A stretch of DNA of 64,000 nt, from the NCBI GenBank assembly GCA_964016885.1, contig OZ024760.1, positions 34,844,001 through 34,908,000 on the forward strand. Reading direction: 5' to 3'. Of this stretch, positions 63,130 to 64,000 are shown in pieces. Position 1 is the first letter of the stretch. Every line of letters begins with the position of its first letter. The stretch comes from Eledone cirrhosa (lineage: Eukaryota). Under the pieces are notes generated by a model. That model ran no database searches, was not told the origin of the DNA, and worked only from the letters and a program-made list of their open reading frames with translations. Made by a program: the position numbers and the translations under genes.

Positions 63130-63166
63130 AGATCTCAAACCTGAAAATATCTTACTGGATTCTCAG
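63130..63166 (+). CDS. SGK3: SGK3-like exon (37 nt): (R)DLKPENILLDSQ, catalytic loop
   Basis: tttttacag acceptor and gtaaac donor, phase 2/0. The next (DFG) exon was not found in the window. Confidence 0.95.
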
Positions 63167-63774
63167 GTAAACTAAATATTATTTTATATATAATCATATT
63201 TTTAAAAGAATTATGAATTTTAAATGTATGTTAGCTTCAGGTTAACAGCTTCAACCGAAGCTATTAACATAGAAAAAAAGTCTAATAAGTTTTACATAAA
63301 AGTCCTGAGAAAGAGAAGGAAAGGGACAGTGTCACCTGTTGGATGCTCTCCACTTTCTTCTCTATCTGTCTGATATGTTCAAATTGTTTGACTATTTTTT
63401 ATAGTCAAATACCTCAATTAAAGCTAATGTACATTCAAAATTATTTTATATCTTTCATGTCAGATTTCTTTCATGTATTGCATAAATATTATTTCTATTG
63501 TCATATATTTTTGTGGTTGGTTGAAATTACTTATACTACGTCTACTTCAGCAGTGTTATAAGCTGGTAGGTTTTAAAGAGAGTTACCTCCTCTGGTATTA
63601 TCTGCTTAGTCAGATGCCAGAATTTTCTTGGTATTCATCAAGTGGTAGCAAACACCAAAGTCCTTCAAAATGAATTGATAGGTGCTTGAGTGGTATGTAG
63701 TGAGTGTTTTGTTTTAAATATATTAGCCTTCACCACTGTGCATAACTGTCATCTTTTTGTTTCATTTATATTGT

Positions 63775-63900
63775 GGTCAAGGCAGTGAATTAGCAAAGCT
63801 GGTAGAATGTCAGATAGAATGCTTTACAGCATTCGTTCCAGCACTCAACACTTTGAGTTCAAATCCTGCCATACTTTTGAGGTTGGAAAATAAAGTTCAG
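63775..63900 (+). mobile_element. Decayed family-1-related SINE
   Basis: ggcagtgaattagca head, tgagttcaaatcctgcc B-box and aaaataaagt. Confidence 0.5.
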
Positions 63901-64000
63901 AATTCTTTCTTTCTTACATTCCCTCTATCAATCTCTCAAATTCTGTTGAAGAAGGCAATTGTGTTTAGACAAGGAGAAGGATGGGCTCCACCAGGTATCA

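Overview
AT-rich eukaryotic genomic DNA. It is probably an octopus or other cephalopod mollusc, inferred only from recalled resemblance of the SINE/MITE families. The window holds eight consecutive + strand coding exons of a PX-domain SGK-family kinase (SGK3-like). All have canonical AG/GT ends and compatible phases, and they splice to 798 nt = 266 stop-free codons, from the PX domain (VYKVVV...FRRYNEF) to the catalytic loop (YRDLKPEN). The gene start and end lie outside the window. The intron inside the PX domain (5197-54416, 49,220 bp) is about 93% filled by a 45.8-kb tandem array of a 52-bp satellite. The array has three higher-order-repeat domains (periods about 7,660, exactly 5,100 and 3,859 bp) separated by monomeric zones. 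Other introns carry tRNA-derived SINEs, TTAA/CCC piggyBac-type MITEs, decayed CR1-, Tx1- and CRE-like LINE fragments and several minisatellites. The most interesting observations are: the centromere-like intronic array; AG|GTGAG candidate recursive-splice points inside it; a 21-bp tandem repeat that multiplies a real splice donor next to the catalytic loop; two SINE subtypes apparently inserted at the same target site; and inverted MITEs bracketing the PX exons. No prokaryotic systems or CRISPR arrays are supported.
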